From Mobula hypostoma (Eukaryota), in the NCBI RefSeq assembly GCF_963921235.1, contig NC_086101.1, forward strand, positions 434,001 to 498,000: DNA of 64,000 bases, given 5' to 3'. Below are positions 51,531 to 63,386 of the stretch, one piece after another. The first letter of the stretch is position 1, and every line of letters begins with the position of its first letter. A model generated the notes under the pieces. The model ran no database searches. It saw nothing but the letters and a program-made list of their open reading frames with translations, and had not been told where the DNA came from. The translations under genes and the position numbers were made by a program.

Positions 51531-53797
51531 TTAAGACCATAAGACAAAGGAACAGAAGTCGGCCATTCAGCCCAGCGAGTCTGCTCCGCCATTCTATCAT
51601 GAGCTGATCCATTCTCCCATTTAGTCCCACTCCCCCCGCTTTCTCACTATAACCTTTGATGCCCTGGCTACTCAGATACTTATCAATCTCTGAATTAAAT
51701 ACACCCAATGACTTGGCCTCCACTGTTGCCGGTGGCAACAAATTCCATAGATTCACCACACTCTGACTAAAAAAATGTCTTCGCATTTCTATTCTGAATG
51801 GGCGCCCTTCAATCCTTAAGTCATGCCCTCTCGTACGGGACTCCCCCATCATGGGAAACAACTTTGCCACATCCACTCTGTCCATGCCTTTCAACATTCG
51901 AAATGTTTCTATAAGGTCTCCCCTCATTCTTTTAAACGCCAAGGAATACAGTCCAAGAGCGGACAAACGTTCCTCATATGTTAACCCTCTCATTCCCGGA
52001 ATCTATCTAGTGAATCGTCTCTGTACCCTCTCCAACGTCAGCACATCCTTTCTTAAATAAGGAGACCAAAACTGCCCACAGTACTCCAAGTGAGGTCTCA
52101 CCAGCGCCTTATAGAGACTCAACATCACATCCCTGCTCCTATACTCTATTCCTCTAGAAATGAATGCCAACATTACATTCGCCTTCTTCACTACCGACTC
52201 AACCCGGAGGTTAACCTTAAGGGTATCCTGTACGAGGACCCCCAAGTCCCGTTGCATCTCAGAACTTAGAATACTTTCCCCATTTAAATAATAGTCTGCC
52301 CGGTTATTACTTCCGCCAAAGTGCATAACCATACACTTTCCAACATTGTAATTCATTTGCCACTTCTCTGCCCATTCTTCCAATCTATCCAAGTCTCTCT
52401 GCAGACTCTCCGTTTCCTCAGCACTACCGGCCCCGCCACCTATCTTCGTATCATCAGCAAACTTAGCCACAAAGCCATCTATTCCATAATCCAAATCGTT
52501 ATGTACAATGTAAAAAGAAACGGCCCCAACACGGACCCCTGTGGAACACCACTGGTAACCGGCAGCCAACCAGAATAGGATCCCTTTATTCCCACTCTCT
52601 GCTTCCTGCCAATCAGCCAACGCTCTTTCCACGTATGTAACTTTCCTGTAATTCCATGGGCTCTTATCTTGTTAAGTAGCCTCATGTGTGGCACCTTGTC
52701 AAAGGCCTTCTGAAAATCCAAATATACAACATCTACTACATCTCCCTTGTCTAGCCTACTGGTAATTTCCTCAAAAAATTGTAATAGGTTTGTCAGGCAG
52801 GATTTTCCTTTAAGGATTCCATACTGAGTTCTCCCTATCTTGTCATATGCCTCCAGCTACTCTGTAACCTCATCCTTGACAGTCAACTCCAACAACTTCC
52901 CAACCACCGATGACAAGCTAACAGGTCTATAATTTACTTTTTGCTTCCTTGCCCACTTCTTAAATAGCGGAGTGATATTTGCAAATTTCCAGTCCTCCAG
53001 AACCATTCCAGAATCTATCGACTTTTGAAAGATCATCGCTAATGCCTCCACAATCTCCACAGCTACTTCCTTCAGAACACGCGGGTGCATTCCATCTGGT
53101 CCGGGAGATTTATCTACCTTTAGACTATTCAGCTTCCTGAGTACTTTCTCTGTCGTAATTGTGACTGCACACTTCTCTTCCCTGCCATCCTTGAGTGGCC
53201 GGTATACTGATGATGTCTTCCTCAGTGAAGACTGATGTAAAATACTCGTTCAGTTCCTCTGCCATCTCCTTATCTCCCATTACAATTTCTCCAGCATCAT
53301 TTTCTATGGGTCCTATATCTACTCTCACCTGTCTTTTACTCTTTATATACTTGAAAAAGCTTTTTGTATCCTCTTTGATATTATTTGCTAGCTTCCTTTC
53401 ATAGTTAATCTTTTCCCTCTTAATGACCTTCCTAGTTTCCTTTTGTAAGGTTTTAAAAAACTTCCCAATCCTCTGTCTTCCCACTAATTTTTGCTTCCTT
53501 GTATGACCTCTCCTTTGCTTTAACTTTGGCTTTGAATTCTCTTGTCAACCACGGTTGCATCCTTTTTCCATTCGAAAATTTATTCTTTTTTGGAATATAC
53601 CTGTCTTGCACGTTCCTCACTTCTCGCATAAACTCCAGCCACTGCTGCTCTGCTGTCTTTCCCGCCAGTGTCCCTTTCCAGTCAACTTTGGCCAGTTCCT
53701 CTCTCATGCCACTGTAATTTCCTTTACTCCACTGAAATACCGACACATCAGATTTCGGCTTCTCTTTTTCAAATTTTATAGTGAACTCAATCATGTT
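51531..53797 (-). mobile_element. 5'-truncated CR1 LINE
   Basis: RT fragments in several frames; TCTTATGG tail at 51531-51545. Confidence 0.94.
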
Positions 53798-54955
53798 ATC
53801 AACACACATCAAAGTTGCTGGTGAACGCAGCAGGCCAGGCAGCACCTATTGGAAGAGCTGCATTCGACGTTTCAGGCCGAGACCCTTTGTCAGGACTAAC
53901 TGAAAGAAAAGTGAGTAAGAGATTTGAAAGTTGGAGGGGAGGGGGAGATCCAAAATGATAGGAGAAGACAGCAGGGGGAGTGATGGAGCTAAGAGCTGGA
54001 CAGGTGATTGGCAAAAGCGATACGAGAGGATCACGGGACAAGAGGTCCGGGAAGAAAGACAAGGAGAGGGGGGATCCCAGAGGATGGGCAAGGGGAATAT
54101 TCAGAGGGACAGAGGAAGAAAAAGGAGAGTGAGAGAAAGAAGGTGTGTATAAAAATAAGCAACAGATGGGGTACGAGGGGGAGGTGGGGCATTAGCTGAA
54201 GTTAGAGAAGTCGATGTTCATGCCATCAGGTTGGAGGCTACCCAGACGGAATATGGTGTTGTTCCTCCAACCTGAGTCTGGCTTCACCTTTACAGTAGAG
54301 GAGGCCGTGTATGGACATGTGAGAATGGGAATGGTTCATCTTTACAGTAGAGGAGGCCATGGATATTCATCTTCATGGTAGAGGAGGCCGTGGATATTCA
54401 TCTTTACAGTAGAGGAGGCCACACTCAGGTTGGAGGAACAACACCTTATATTCCATCTGGATAGCCTCCAACCTGATGGCATGAACATCGACTTCTCTAA
54501 CTTCTGTTAGTGCCCCACCTCCCCCTCGTACCCCATCTGTTACTTATTTTTATACACACATTCTTTCTCTCACTCACCTTTTTCTCCCTCTGTCCCTCTG
54601 AATATACCCCTTGCCCATCCTCTGGGTTCCCTCCCCCCGTTCCTTGTCTTTCTTCCTGGACCTCCTGTCCCATGATCCTCTCGTATCCCTTTTGCCAATC
54701 ACCTGTCCAGCTCTTGGCTCCATCCCTCCCCCTCCTGTCTTCTCCTATCATTTTGGAACTCCACCTCCCCCTCCCCCTCCAACTTTCAAATCTCTTACTC
54801 ACTCTTCCTCCAGTTAGTCCTCACGAAGGGTCTTGGCCTGAAATGTTGACTGCACCTCTTCCAATAGATGCTGCCTGGCCTGCTGCGTTCACCAGCAACT
54901 TTGATGTGTGTGCTTGAATTTCCAGCATCTGCAGAATTCCTGTTGTTTGCGTTTT
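53798..54955. mobile_element. Penelope-like insertion made of two inverted 3' ends
   Basis: 53799-54290 (minus) mirrors 54418-54915 (plus); 11-bp TSD TCAATCATGTT (53787-53797, 54956-54966). Confidence 0.88.
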
Positions 54956-54966
54956 TCAATCATGTT

Positions 54967-57183
54967 GAAGATGTGGACTACAAATTACAACTGGAAATAG
55001 AAAAGACTTGTCAGAAGGGCAGTGTTATGATAATTGTGAGGGATTTTAACATGCGAGTAGATTGGAAAAATCAGGTCGGCACTGGATCTCAAGAGAGAGA
55101 ATTTGTAGAATGTCTGCGAGATGGCTTTTTAGAACAGCTTGTTGTTGAGCCCACTAGGGGATCGACTGTACTGGATTGGGTATTGTGTAATGAACCCGGG
55201 GGTGATGGGAGAGATTGAGGTGAAGGAACCCTTAGGAGGCAGTGATCATAACATGATTGAGTTCACTGTGAAATTAGAAAAGGAAAAGCCGAAATCTGAT
55301 GTATTGGTATTTCAGTGGAGTAAAGGAAATTACAATGGCATAAGAGAGGAACTGGCCAAAGTTGACTGGAAAGAGACACTAGCGGGAAAGACGGCAGAGC
55401 AGCAGTGGCTGGAGTTTATGCAAGAAATGAGGAATGTGCAAGACAGGTATAGTCCAAAAAAGAAGAAATTTTCGAGTGGAAAAAGGATGCAACCGTGGTT
55501 GACAAGAGAAGACAAAGCCAAAGTTAAAGCAAAGGAGAGGGCATACAAGGAAGCAAAAATTAGTGGAAGACAGAGGATTGGGAAGTTTTTAAAACCTTAC
55601 AAAAGGAAACCAAGAAGGTCATTAAAAGAGAAAAGATTAACTACGGAAGGAAACTAGCAAATAATATCAAAGAGGATACTAAAAGCTTTTTCAAGTATAT
55701 AAGGAGTAAAAGACAGGTGAGAGTAGATATAGGACTGATAGAAAATGATACTGGAGAAATTGTAATGGGAGATGAGGAGATGGCAGAGGTACTGAACAAG
55801 TATTTTGCATCAGTCTTCACTGAGGAAGACAGCAGGATACCGGACACTCAAGGGTGGCAGGCAAGAGAAGTGTGCGCAGTCACAATTACGACAGAGAAAG
55901 TACTCAGGAAGCTGAATAGGTCGATAAATCTCTTGGACCAGATGGAATGCACCCTCGTGTTCTGAAGGAAGTAGCTGTGGAGATTGCGGAGGCATTAGCG
56001 ATGATCTTTCAAAAGTCGATATATTCTGGCATGGTTCCGGAAGACTGGAAGATTGCAAATGTCACTCCGTTATTTACGAAGGGGGCAAGGAAGCAAAAAG
56101 GAAATTATAGACCTGTTAGCTTGTCATCGGTGGTTGGGAAGTTGTTGGAGTTGACTGTCAAGGATGAGGTTACAGAGTACCTGGAGCCATATGACAAGAT
56201 AGGCAGAACTCAGCATGGATTCCTTAAAGGAAAATCCTGCCTGACAAACCTATTACAATTTTTTGAGGAAATTACCAGTAGGCTAGACAAGGGAGATGCA
56301 GTGGATGTTGTATATTTGGATTTTCAGAAGGCCTTTGACAAGGTGCCATACATGAGGCTACTTAACAAGATAAGAGCCCATGGAATTACAGGAAAGTTAC
56401 ATACGTGGATAGAGAGTTGGCTGATTGGCAGGAAACAGAGCGTGGGAATAAAGGGATCCTATTCTGGTTGGCTGCCAGTTACTAGTGGTTTTCCACAGCG
56501 ATCAGTGTTGGGGCCGCTTCTTTTTACATTGTACATCAACTATTTGGATTATGGAATAGATGGCTTTGTGGCTAAGTTTGCTGACGATACGAAGATAGGT
56601 GGAGAGGCCGGTAGTGCTGAGGAAACGGAGAGTCTGCAGAGAGACTTGATAGATTGGAAGAATGGGCAGAGAAGTGGCAAATTAAGTACAATGTTGGAAA
56701 GAGTATGGTTATGCCCTTTGGCAGAAAAAATAAACGGGAGACTATTATTTAAATGGGGAAAGTATTCAAAGTTCTGCGATGCAACGGGACTTGGGAGTCC
56801 TCGTACAGGATTCCCTTAAAGTTAACCTCCAGGTTGAGTCAGTAGTGAAGAAGGCGAATGCAATGTTGGCATTCATTTCCAGAGGAATAGAGAATAGGAG
56901 CAGGGATGTGATGTTGAGGCTCAAAAACGTGCTGGTGAGACCTCACTTGGAGTACTGTGGGCAGTTTTGGTCTCCTTATTTAAGAAAGGATGTGCTGACG
57001 TTGGAGAGGGTAGAGAGAAGATTCACTAGAATGATTCCGGGAATGAGAGGGTTAACATATGAGGAACGTTTGTCCGCTCTTGGACTGTATTCCTTGGAGT
57101 TTAGAAGAATGAGGGAGACCTCATAGAAACATTTCGAATGTTGAAAGGCATGGTCAGAGTGGATGTGGCAAAGTTGTTTCCCA
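54967..57183 (+). mobile_element. CR1 ORF2 segment lacking both its 5' end and 3' tail
   Basis: DVDYKLQLEIEK through VAKLFP, then an abrupt switch to minus-strand ORF1. Confidence 0.93.
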
Positions 57184-58075
57184 GGATCACAGAATCACCT
57201 GTTCATTCCGCTGACTATGGAATCCCCTACGACTACCACATTCCTCTTCTCCCTCCTTCTCTCCTGCACAACAGCGCCAGGCTCAGTGCCAGAGACCCAG
57301 TCACCGTGGGCATCCTCTGTCAGGTCATCCCCCTCGACAGCATCCAGAACAAGATATTTGTTACCGAGGGGGACAGCCACAGGTGTGCTCTCCACTATCC
57401 GGGCATTTCCCTTCCCTCTCTTGACAGTGACCCAGTTTTCTGACTCCTGTAGCTGAGGGATTACTATCTCCCTGTAGCTCCTATCTATCACCTCTTCACT
57501 TTCCCTGATAAGCAGTAGGTCATCAAGCTGCAGCTCCAGATCCCTAACACGGTCTCTGAGGAGCTGCATCTCAGTGCACCTGGTGCAGATGTGGCCATCA
57601 GGGAGGCTGGAGGTCTCCCAGGATTCCCACATCTAACACCCTGAACAAAGCACTAACCCTGCAGGCGTGCTATCTAATTCTACAGGAATGAAACAGGAAA
57701 AATAAGTCTACTCACCCATTTACCTCGCCAAACAGATGAACTTTTAAAACCGTTAGCTCGTACCGTTAGCTGTGAGAGCCCTGCTGTTCCTGTCTGTCCG
57801 GGCTGATTCGCGAAAGGGGTGGGGGATAAAAAAAAGAGTTGGCGCTTCGCTCTCGCCTCTTTGCGTTTACCGCGGAAGCCCGTTGAAGCCAAAGCCCTAC
57901 ACTCTGCTCCCACTCACTCCGCTGCCCGCTATATAGGATGGTCTCCTTTTTAAACTCTCCGCACGGTCCTGTTGACGTCACGCGCCTGCGCAGTCTCGTC
58001 CTTCTTACACTCGAAGAAGTTTTTTTTAAAAATTGCCTTCCTTCAGAATTCAGCTCCCACGACGCTCTGTAGGCC
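57184..58075 (-). mobile_element. CR1 5' portion (5' UTR and ORF1 N-terminus)
   Basis: MWE...HICTRC..MQLLRDRVRDLELQLDDL...VVVGDSIV. Confidence 0.85.
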
Positions 58076-58639
58076 TGATCCAAAAGACTTATCTGGGTTG
58101 AACTCCATCTGCCACTTCTCAGCCAAGTTCTGCATCCTATCTATTTCCCACTGTAATCTCTGACAACCCTCCGGACTCTCCACAACACCGTCAACTTCTG
58201 TGTCATCAGCGGAGCCTTCTGAGAGTTGTACTCATGGGGTCCCTCCTAGCTCGCTCCCTGCAAAAACAGTTTTCCTCAGCCACTGCAGACATCGCTGAAA
58301 CAGACTCACTGAGGCGTCGAAGGAGAACTGCGCCCGTCCTTGTGGCGCCAATGCCAGAGATCACTGACAGCAGCGTCTCGCTGAACTCCGCCACGGCGAT
58401 GGAACAGAAGAGGAGGAGCTGAACATTGGTCAGATTTCCACCCGGTCGATCGTAGCTCAGACTACCTGCTGTTATTGGCTGAGGAGCTTGTCAGTCAAAT
58501 GAGAACTCTCACGGTGATTAGTTAATATGAACGTCAGTCAGTCAGGGACAGGAAGCCAATTGTAGGAGGCGGAGTATTTGTTAAACCAAATTGGGAGAAA
58601 TCTAAGTTTTTATTTCATGATTCATCAGTCTTCGAATGA

Positions 58640-59333
58640 CGTTATTAAGAATAAAAGGATGCAGGCCGTGGTGAGGAAGGTGGTGATTTATATGGATATT
58701 AATATTGGAAGGGATATTAAACTTGGAGATGTTTGGGGTATGATTTAGAAAATGGAGGGGGGGGGTTATAGGGATCATAATATTCCAGTATTGATTAATG
58801 AGGGCAAAATGATTGTTACTGAAACAGAGAAGACTGTGTTGCTGACCGGGTCATTTGCTGAGATTCATAATCAGGATAATTTAAGTGAAGAAGTTACACA
58901 ATGTAGGGATATGTTTCTAAGGAAATACCCTGATGTGCTGGAAGTCAGCTGTAGCAATGATAGTATCGCTGATGTAGAGTTTTCTTTGTAGGAATTTAAG
59001 AAGTCTATTTTTAATGCAGGTCAGGCGTGCCCAGGAAAGGATGATATATGTAATTGTAATTGTATGTAATTCTCTCTTGTATATAATATAAAAATATTAA
59101 ATTTTTGAATCGTGTTTGGAGGTCAGGCCATCTATTTTCCTCATGGAAAATGGCCGCAGTACTGCCTAGTCTAAAACCTGGGAGATCCCCGTCTGATCCT
59201 TCTAGTTATGGGCCAATATCGTTAAAGTCTCATTTATGTAAATGGAATGTATGGTAATCGAGCACTCGAGGTATATTTTGGAAAAGAGAGGTTTTATTAG
59301 ATTGGATTTTGGAAGGGTAGAATGACGTTAGAT
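58640..59333 (+). mobile_element. Decayed I/Nimb-like LINE, continuing at 63716-64000 after the Gypsy insertion
   Basis: CPGKD, WK.A.V.P..KPG...SSY.PISL.S.LCK, GF..GR.TLD|S, AVFFD.EK, NGTPQGS.CSP.LFNIMIND. Confidence 0.7.
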
Positions 59334-59406
59334 TGTAGCGATGTGCTACACACAGCGCTAGAATAACCACACGGAGTCGGTGAGTTAGAGTTGAGATGAA
59401 AGAGAT

Positions 59407-62400
59407 TTATTCAAACTTCGCGGCCCGCTTTAAAGCCTTCCCGTTCCCGCCCTCCCTGGGCGGGACTACGGTGGGGAATGCATATTCCCAGACCCTTTCT
59501 GCGCGCGGGATTTTCCCCCTGCTGGTGAAGATGGCCTGGCGCCCTTTTTGCTGCCGGCCCTCTGCCTGCGCGCGCTGTTGTGAGCCGGTTCGTGGGTGCC
59601 AGAAAGTGGGTCGCCACATAACCCCCCCCCCGCCAGAACCGGCGATACCTCCCCCAATGTCCACAGTCTGGATCGGCCTCTGTTTGGGAGGTCTGCCCCT
59701 GCGCCGCGGTGCCTGAGCCTGCACCGGTTGCGCCAAGTCCACATGGGCCGGTTTGAGTCGGTCCACCGTGAAAACCTCCTCTCTCCCCCCAATGTCCAGC
59801 ACGAACGTGGACCCGTTGTTCCTGATCACCTTAAACGGCCCCTCGTAGGGCCGCTGTAGCGGTACCCGGTGTCCGCCCCGTCGTACAAAAAGAAACTTAC
59901 AGTTCTGCAGGTCTTTGGGTACGCAGGTCGGGCTCTGTCCGTGCTGTGAAGTGGGTATGGGGGCCAGGTTACCGAGCCTCTCCCGTAGTCTGTCCAGGAC
60001 TGCTGTGGGTTCTTCCTCTTGCCCCCTTGGGGTTGGTATGAACTCTCCTGGGACGACCAGGGGCTCGCCGTACACCAACTCGGCCGACGAGGTGTGTAGA
60101 TCCTCTTTGGGCGCTGTGCGGATTCCGAGCAGGACCCAGGGAAGTTCGTCCACCCAGTTAGGCCCCTCCAGGCGGGCCATGAGAGCCGATTTCAGGTGAC
60201 GGTGGAAGCGCTCCACTAGTCCGTTCGACTGTGGGTGGTAGGCAGTTGTGTGGTGTAGCTGTGTTCCTAAAAGTCTGGCCATAGCCGACCACAGGCTGGA
60301 GGTGAACTGGGCGCCCCTGTCGGAGGTAATGTGGGCCGGTACCCCAAAGCGTGCTACCCAGGTTGCGATCAGTGCTCGGGCGCAGGATTCGGAGGTGGTG
60401 TCGCTGAGCGGGACTGCCTCTGGCCATCTGGTGAACCGGTCTATCATAGTTAGGAGGTACCGCGCTCCTCGTGACACTGGCAGGGGCCCCACGATATCTA
60501 CATGGATGTGGTCGAACCTCCGGCGGGTGGGTTCGAACCGCTGCGGTGGAGCCTTGGTGTGCCGCTGCACCTTGGCCGTTTGGCACTGCATACACGTTTT
60601 GGCCCATTCACTGACCTGTTTACGAAGTCCATGCCACACGAACCTGTTGGAGACCAGCCGGACAGTTGTCCTGATGGAGGGGTGCGCTAAGTTGTGAATG
60701 GATTCGAACACCCGCCGGCGCCAGGCTGCTGGGACGACGGGGCGGGGTTGGCCGGTAGCTACGTCACATAGTAGGGTCCTCTCACCTGGGCCTACGGGGA
60801 GGTCTTGGAGCTGCAAACCGGAGACTGCAGTCCTGTAACTGGGGATCTCAGCGTCTGCCTGCTGTGCCTCTGCCTTCGCTGCATAGTCCACCCCCTGGTA
60901 CAGGGCCTGTATGGTAGGTCTGGAAAGTGCGTCTTCCACGACATTGTTCTTTCCAGAGACATGCCGGATGTCCGTCGTGTACTCGGAGATGTAGGACAGA
61001 TGTCGCTGCTGGCGGGACGAACAGGGGTCGAACACCTTAGTGAACGCAAAGGTAAGCGGTTTGTGGTCTGTGAACGCGGTGAAGGGCCTACCTTCTAAGA
61101 AGTACCTGAAATGCCGGATTGCCAGGTATAGTGCCAATAGCTCCCGGTCGAAAGCACTGTATTTGAGTTCGGGTGGTTGTAGGTGTTTGCTGAAGAACGC
61201 CAGGGGTTGCCAGCGACCCTCGATGAGTTGTTCCAGCACTCCACCGACTGCTGTGTTGGATGCGCCCACCGTGAGGGCAGTAGGTACGTCCGTTCTGGGG
61301 TGCACTAGCATCGCGGCGTTTGCCAAGGCTTCTTTGGTTTTAACGAAAGCGGTTGCGGCCTTTTCGTTCCAGGTAATGTCCTTGCCCTTACCCGACATTA
61401 GAGTGAACAAGGGGCGCATGGTTCGGGCTGCTGAGGGGAGGAAACGGTGGTAGAAATTCACCATACCCACAAATTCCTGCAAGCCTTTGATTGTGTTGGG
61501 TCGGGGGAAGTGGCGGACCGCGTCTACCTCGGCGGGCAGCGGGGTTGCCCCGTCTTTAGTAATCCTGTGGCCCAGGAAGTCGATGGTGTCGAGTCCGAAC
61601 TGGCATTTGGCTGGATTGATTGTAAGGCCGAATTCACTCAGGCGGGAGTAGAGCTGGCGGAGGTGGGACAGATGCTCCTGCCGACTACTGCTGGCTATGA
61701 GGATGTCGTCCAAATAGATGAATGCAAAGTCCAGGTCGCGTCCCACCGCGTCCATTAGCCGCTGGAAAGTCTGTGCGGCATTCTTTAGAGCAAACGGCAT
61801 TCGGAGGAATTCGAAAAGTCCGAACGGGGTGATAAGTGCTGTTTTGGGGATGTCGTCCGGATGTACAGGGATTTGATGGTATCCCCGGACGAGGTCTACC
61901 TTGGAAAAGATCCTTGCGCCGTGTAGGTTTGCTGCGAAGTCTTGAATGTGCGGCACAGGGTAGCAGTCTGGCGTTGTAGCCTCGTTCAGTCTGCGGTAGT
62001 CACCGCATGGTCTCCAGCCCCCCGTTGCCTTGGGCACCATGTGAAGGTGGGAGGCCCATGGGCTGTCGGACCGTCGTATGATCCCTAATTCCTCCATCTT
62101 CTTGAATTCCTCCTTCGCCAGTCGGAGCTTGTCCGGGGGAAGCCTTCGAGCACGGGCGTGGAGGGGTGGTCCCTGGGTCGGGATGTGGTGCTGTACTCCG
62201 TGTCTGGGCATGGCTGCCGTGAACTGCGGTGTCAGTACTGATGGGAAATCCGCCAGGACCCTGGTGAATTCATCGTCGGACAGTGTGATGGAGTCCAGGT
62301 GTGGGGCTGGCAACTGTGCTTCACCCAGGGAGAACGTTTGAAAAGTCTTGGCGTGGACTAATCGCTTCCCTTGCAAATCGACCAGCAGGCTGTGGGCTCG

Positions 62401-62709
62401 TAGAAAATCTGCCCCCAGCAGTGGTTGGGCCACAGCGGCCAGTGTGAAGTCCCACGTGAACCGGCTGGAGCTGAACTGTAGCCGCACCGTGCGGGTGCCG
62501 TAGGTTCGTATTGTGCTGCCATTAGCGGCCCTCAGGGTGGGTCCCGGTTCTCTGTTGCGGGTGTCGTAACTCGTTGGAGGCAAGACGCTGATCTCCGCTC
62601 CGGTGTCGACCAAAAAGCCACGTCCTGACTGCTTGTCCCAGACGTACAGGAGGCTGTCCTGATGGCCAGCCGCCGTAGCCATCAGCGGCGGCTGGCCCTG
62701 GCGTTTCCC
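59407..62709 (-). CDS. pol: Pol (PR-RT-RNase H-IN) in the -1 frame; open, but with substitutions at conserved sites
   Basis: LVDTGA, YLDD, RNase H TVGAS (D>G), HHCC, D-D-E, GPF; the ORF runs into the 3' LTR. Confidence 0.93.
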   Translation of the reverse strand, partial: GKRQGQPPLMATAAGHQDSLLYVWDKQSGRGFLVDTGAEISVLPPTSYDTRNREPGPTLRAANGSTIRTYGTRTVRLQFSSSRFTWDFTLAAVAQPLLGADFLRAHSLLVDLQGKRLVHAKTFQTFSLGEAQLPAPHLDSITLSDDEFTRVLADFPSVLTPQFTAAMPRHGVQHHIPTQGPPLHARARRLPPDKLRLAKEEFKKMEELGIIRRSDSPWASHLHMVPKATGGWRPCGDYRRLNEATTPDCYPVPHIQDFAANLHGARIFSKVDLVRGYHQIPVHPDDIPKTALITPFGLFEFLRMPFALKNAAQTFQRLMDAVGRDLDFAFIYLDDILIASSSRQEHLSHLRQLYSRLSEFGLTINPAKCQFGLDTIDFLGHRITKDGATPLPAEVDAVRHFPRPNTIKGLQEFVGMVNFYHRFLPSAARTMRPLFTLMSGKGKDITWNEKAATAFVKTKEALANAAMLVHPRTDVPTALTVGASNTAVGGVLEQLIEGRWQPLAFFSKHLQPPELKYSAFDRELLALYLAIRHFRYFLEGRPFTAFTDHKPLTFAFTKVFDPCSSRQQRHLSYISEYTTDIRHVSGKNNVVEDALSRPTIQALYQGVDYAAKAEAQQADAEIPSYRTAVSGLQLQDLPVGPGERTLLCDVATGQPRPVVPAAWRRRVFESIHNLAHPSIRTTVRLVSNRFVWHGLRKQVSEWAKTCMQCQTAKVQRHTKAPPQRFEPTRRRFDHIHVDIVGPLPVSRGARYLLTMIDRFTRWPEAVPLSDTTSESCARALIATWVARFGVPAHITSDRGAQFTSSLWSAMARLLGTQLHHTTAYHPQSNGLVERFHRHLKSALMARLEGPNWVDELPWVLLGIRTAPKEDLHTSSAELVYGEPLVVPGEFIPTPRGQEEEPTAVLDRLRERLGNLAPIPTSQHGQSPTCVPKDLQNCKFLFVRRGGHRVPLQRPYEGPFKVIRNNGSTFVLDIGGREEVFTVDRLKPAHVDLAQPVQAQAPRRRGRPPKQRPIQTVDIGGGIAGSGGGGVMWRPTFWHPRTGSQQRAQAEGRQQKGRQAIFTSRGKIPRAERVWEYAFPTVVPPREGGNGKALKRAAKFE
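62664..62709 (-). promoter_or_regulatory. Programmed -1 ribosomal frameshift signal
   Basis: G GGA AAC heptamer in the gag frame (62709-62703), 5-nt spacer, perfect 12-bp stem GGCCAGCCGCCG/CGGCGGCTGGCC with a 10-nt loop. Confidence 0.85.
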
Positions 62710-63386
62710 GGGAATTTGCAGGGCGGTCTGCAGCGGCGGGCCTCCGTGCCCCACCGCTGGTGGTAGAAACACCATTGTTCGTTGGGCTCCTCACTCCCGT
62801 CGCTGGGTTTTGTAGGCTCTGCTGCCGGGCCTGGTCTGGTCTGTCGTTGGGCACGCTGCTTGGTGATCTGTGCGACGGATGCCCCTCTCTCTTTCCTGGC
62901 ATTCCACAGCACATCTGCTCGGGCCGCCACCTCCCGGGGGTTGCTGAAATCTGCGTCGGACAGCAGCAGGCATATGTCCTCGGGCAGTTGTTCTAGGAAC
63001 GCCTGCTCAAACATGAGGCAGGGTTTGTGTCCTTCAGCCAGGGCCAGCAACTCGTTCATTAATGCTGACGGCGGCCTGTCTCCCAAACCATCCAGGTGCA
63101 TTAAGCGGCGTGCTCGTTCGCGCCTTGAGAGTCCGAAAGTCCTTACGAGCAGGGCTTTGAATGCTGTGTATTTGCCGTCCTCCGGGGGCAACTGTATAAA
63201 CTCCTCAACTTGTGCAGCAGTCTCCTGGTCGAGGGAGCTCAGCACGTAGTAGTAGCGAGTGGACTCCGAGGTTATCTGCCGAATGTGGAATTGTGCTTCT
63301 GCTTGTTCGAACCATAAATGGAGTCGCAGCGTCCAGAAGCTTGGCAGTTTTAACGAAACTGCGTGAACAGATGCAGCGTCGGTCAT
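62682..63386 (-). CDS. gag: Gag with CHCC nucleocapsid motif
   Basis: [18 protein letters not shown]...WFEQAEAQF...[18 protein letters not shown] (C-X2-H-X9-C-X3-C). Confidence 0.9.
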   Translation of the reverse strand: MTDAASVHAVSLKLPSFWTLRLHLWFEQAEAQFHIRQITSESTRYYYVLSSLDQETAAQVEEFIQLPPEDGKYTAFKALLVRTFGLSRRERARRLMHLDGLGDRPPSALMNELLALAEGHKPCLMFEQAFLEQLPEDICLLLSDADFSNPREVAARADVLWNARKERGASVAQITKQRAQRQTRPGPAAEPTKPSDGSEEPNEQWCFYHQRWGTEARRCRPPCKFPGNARASRR

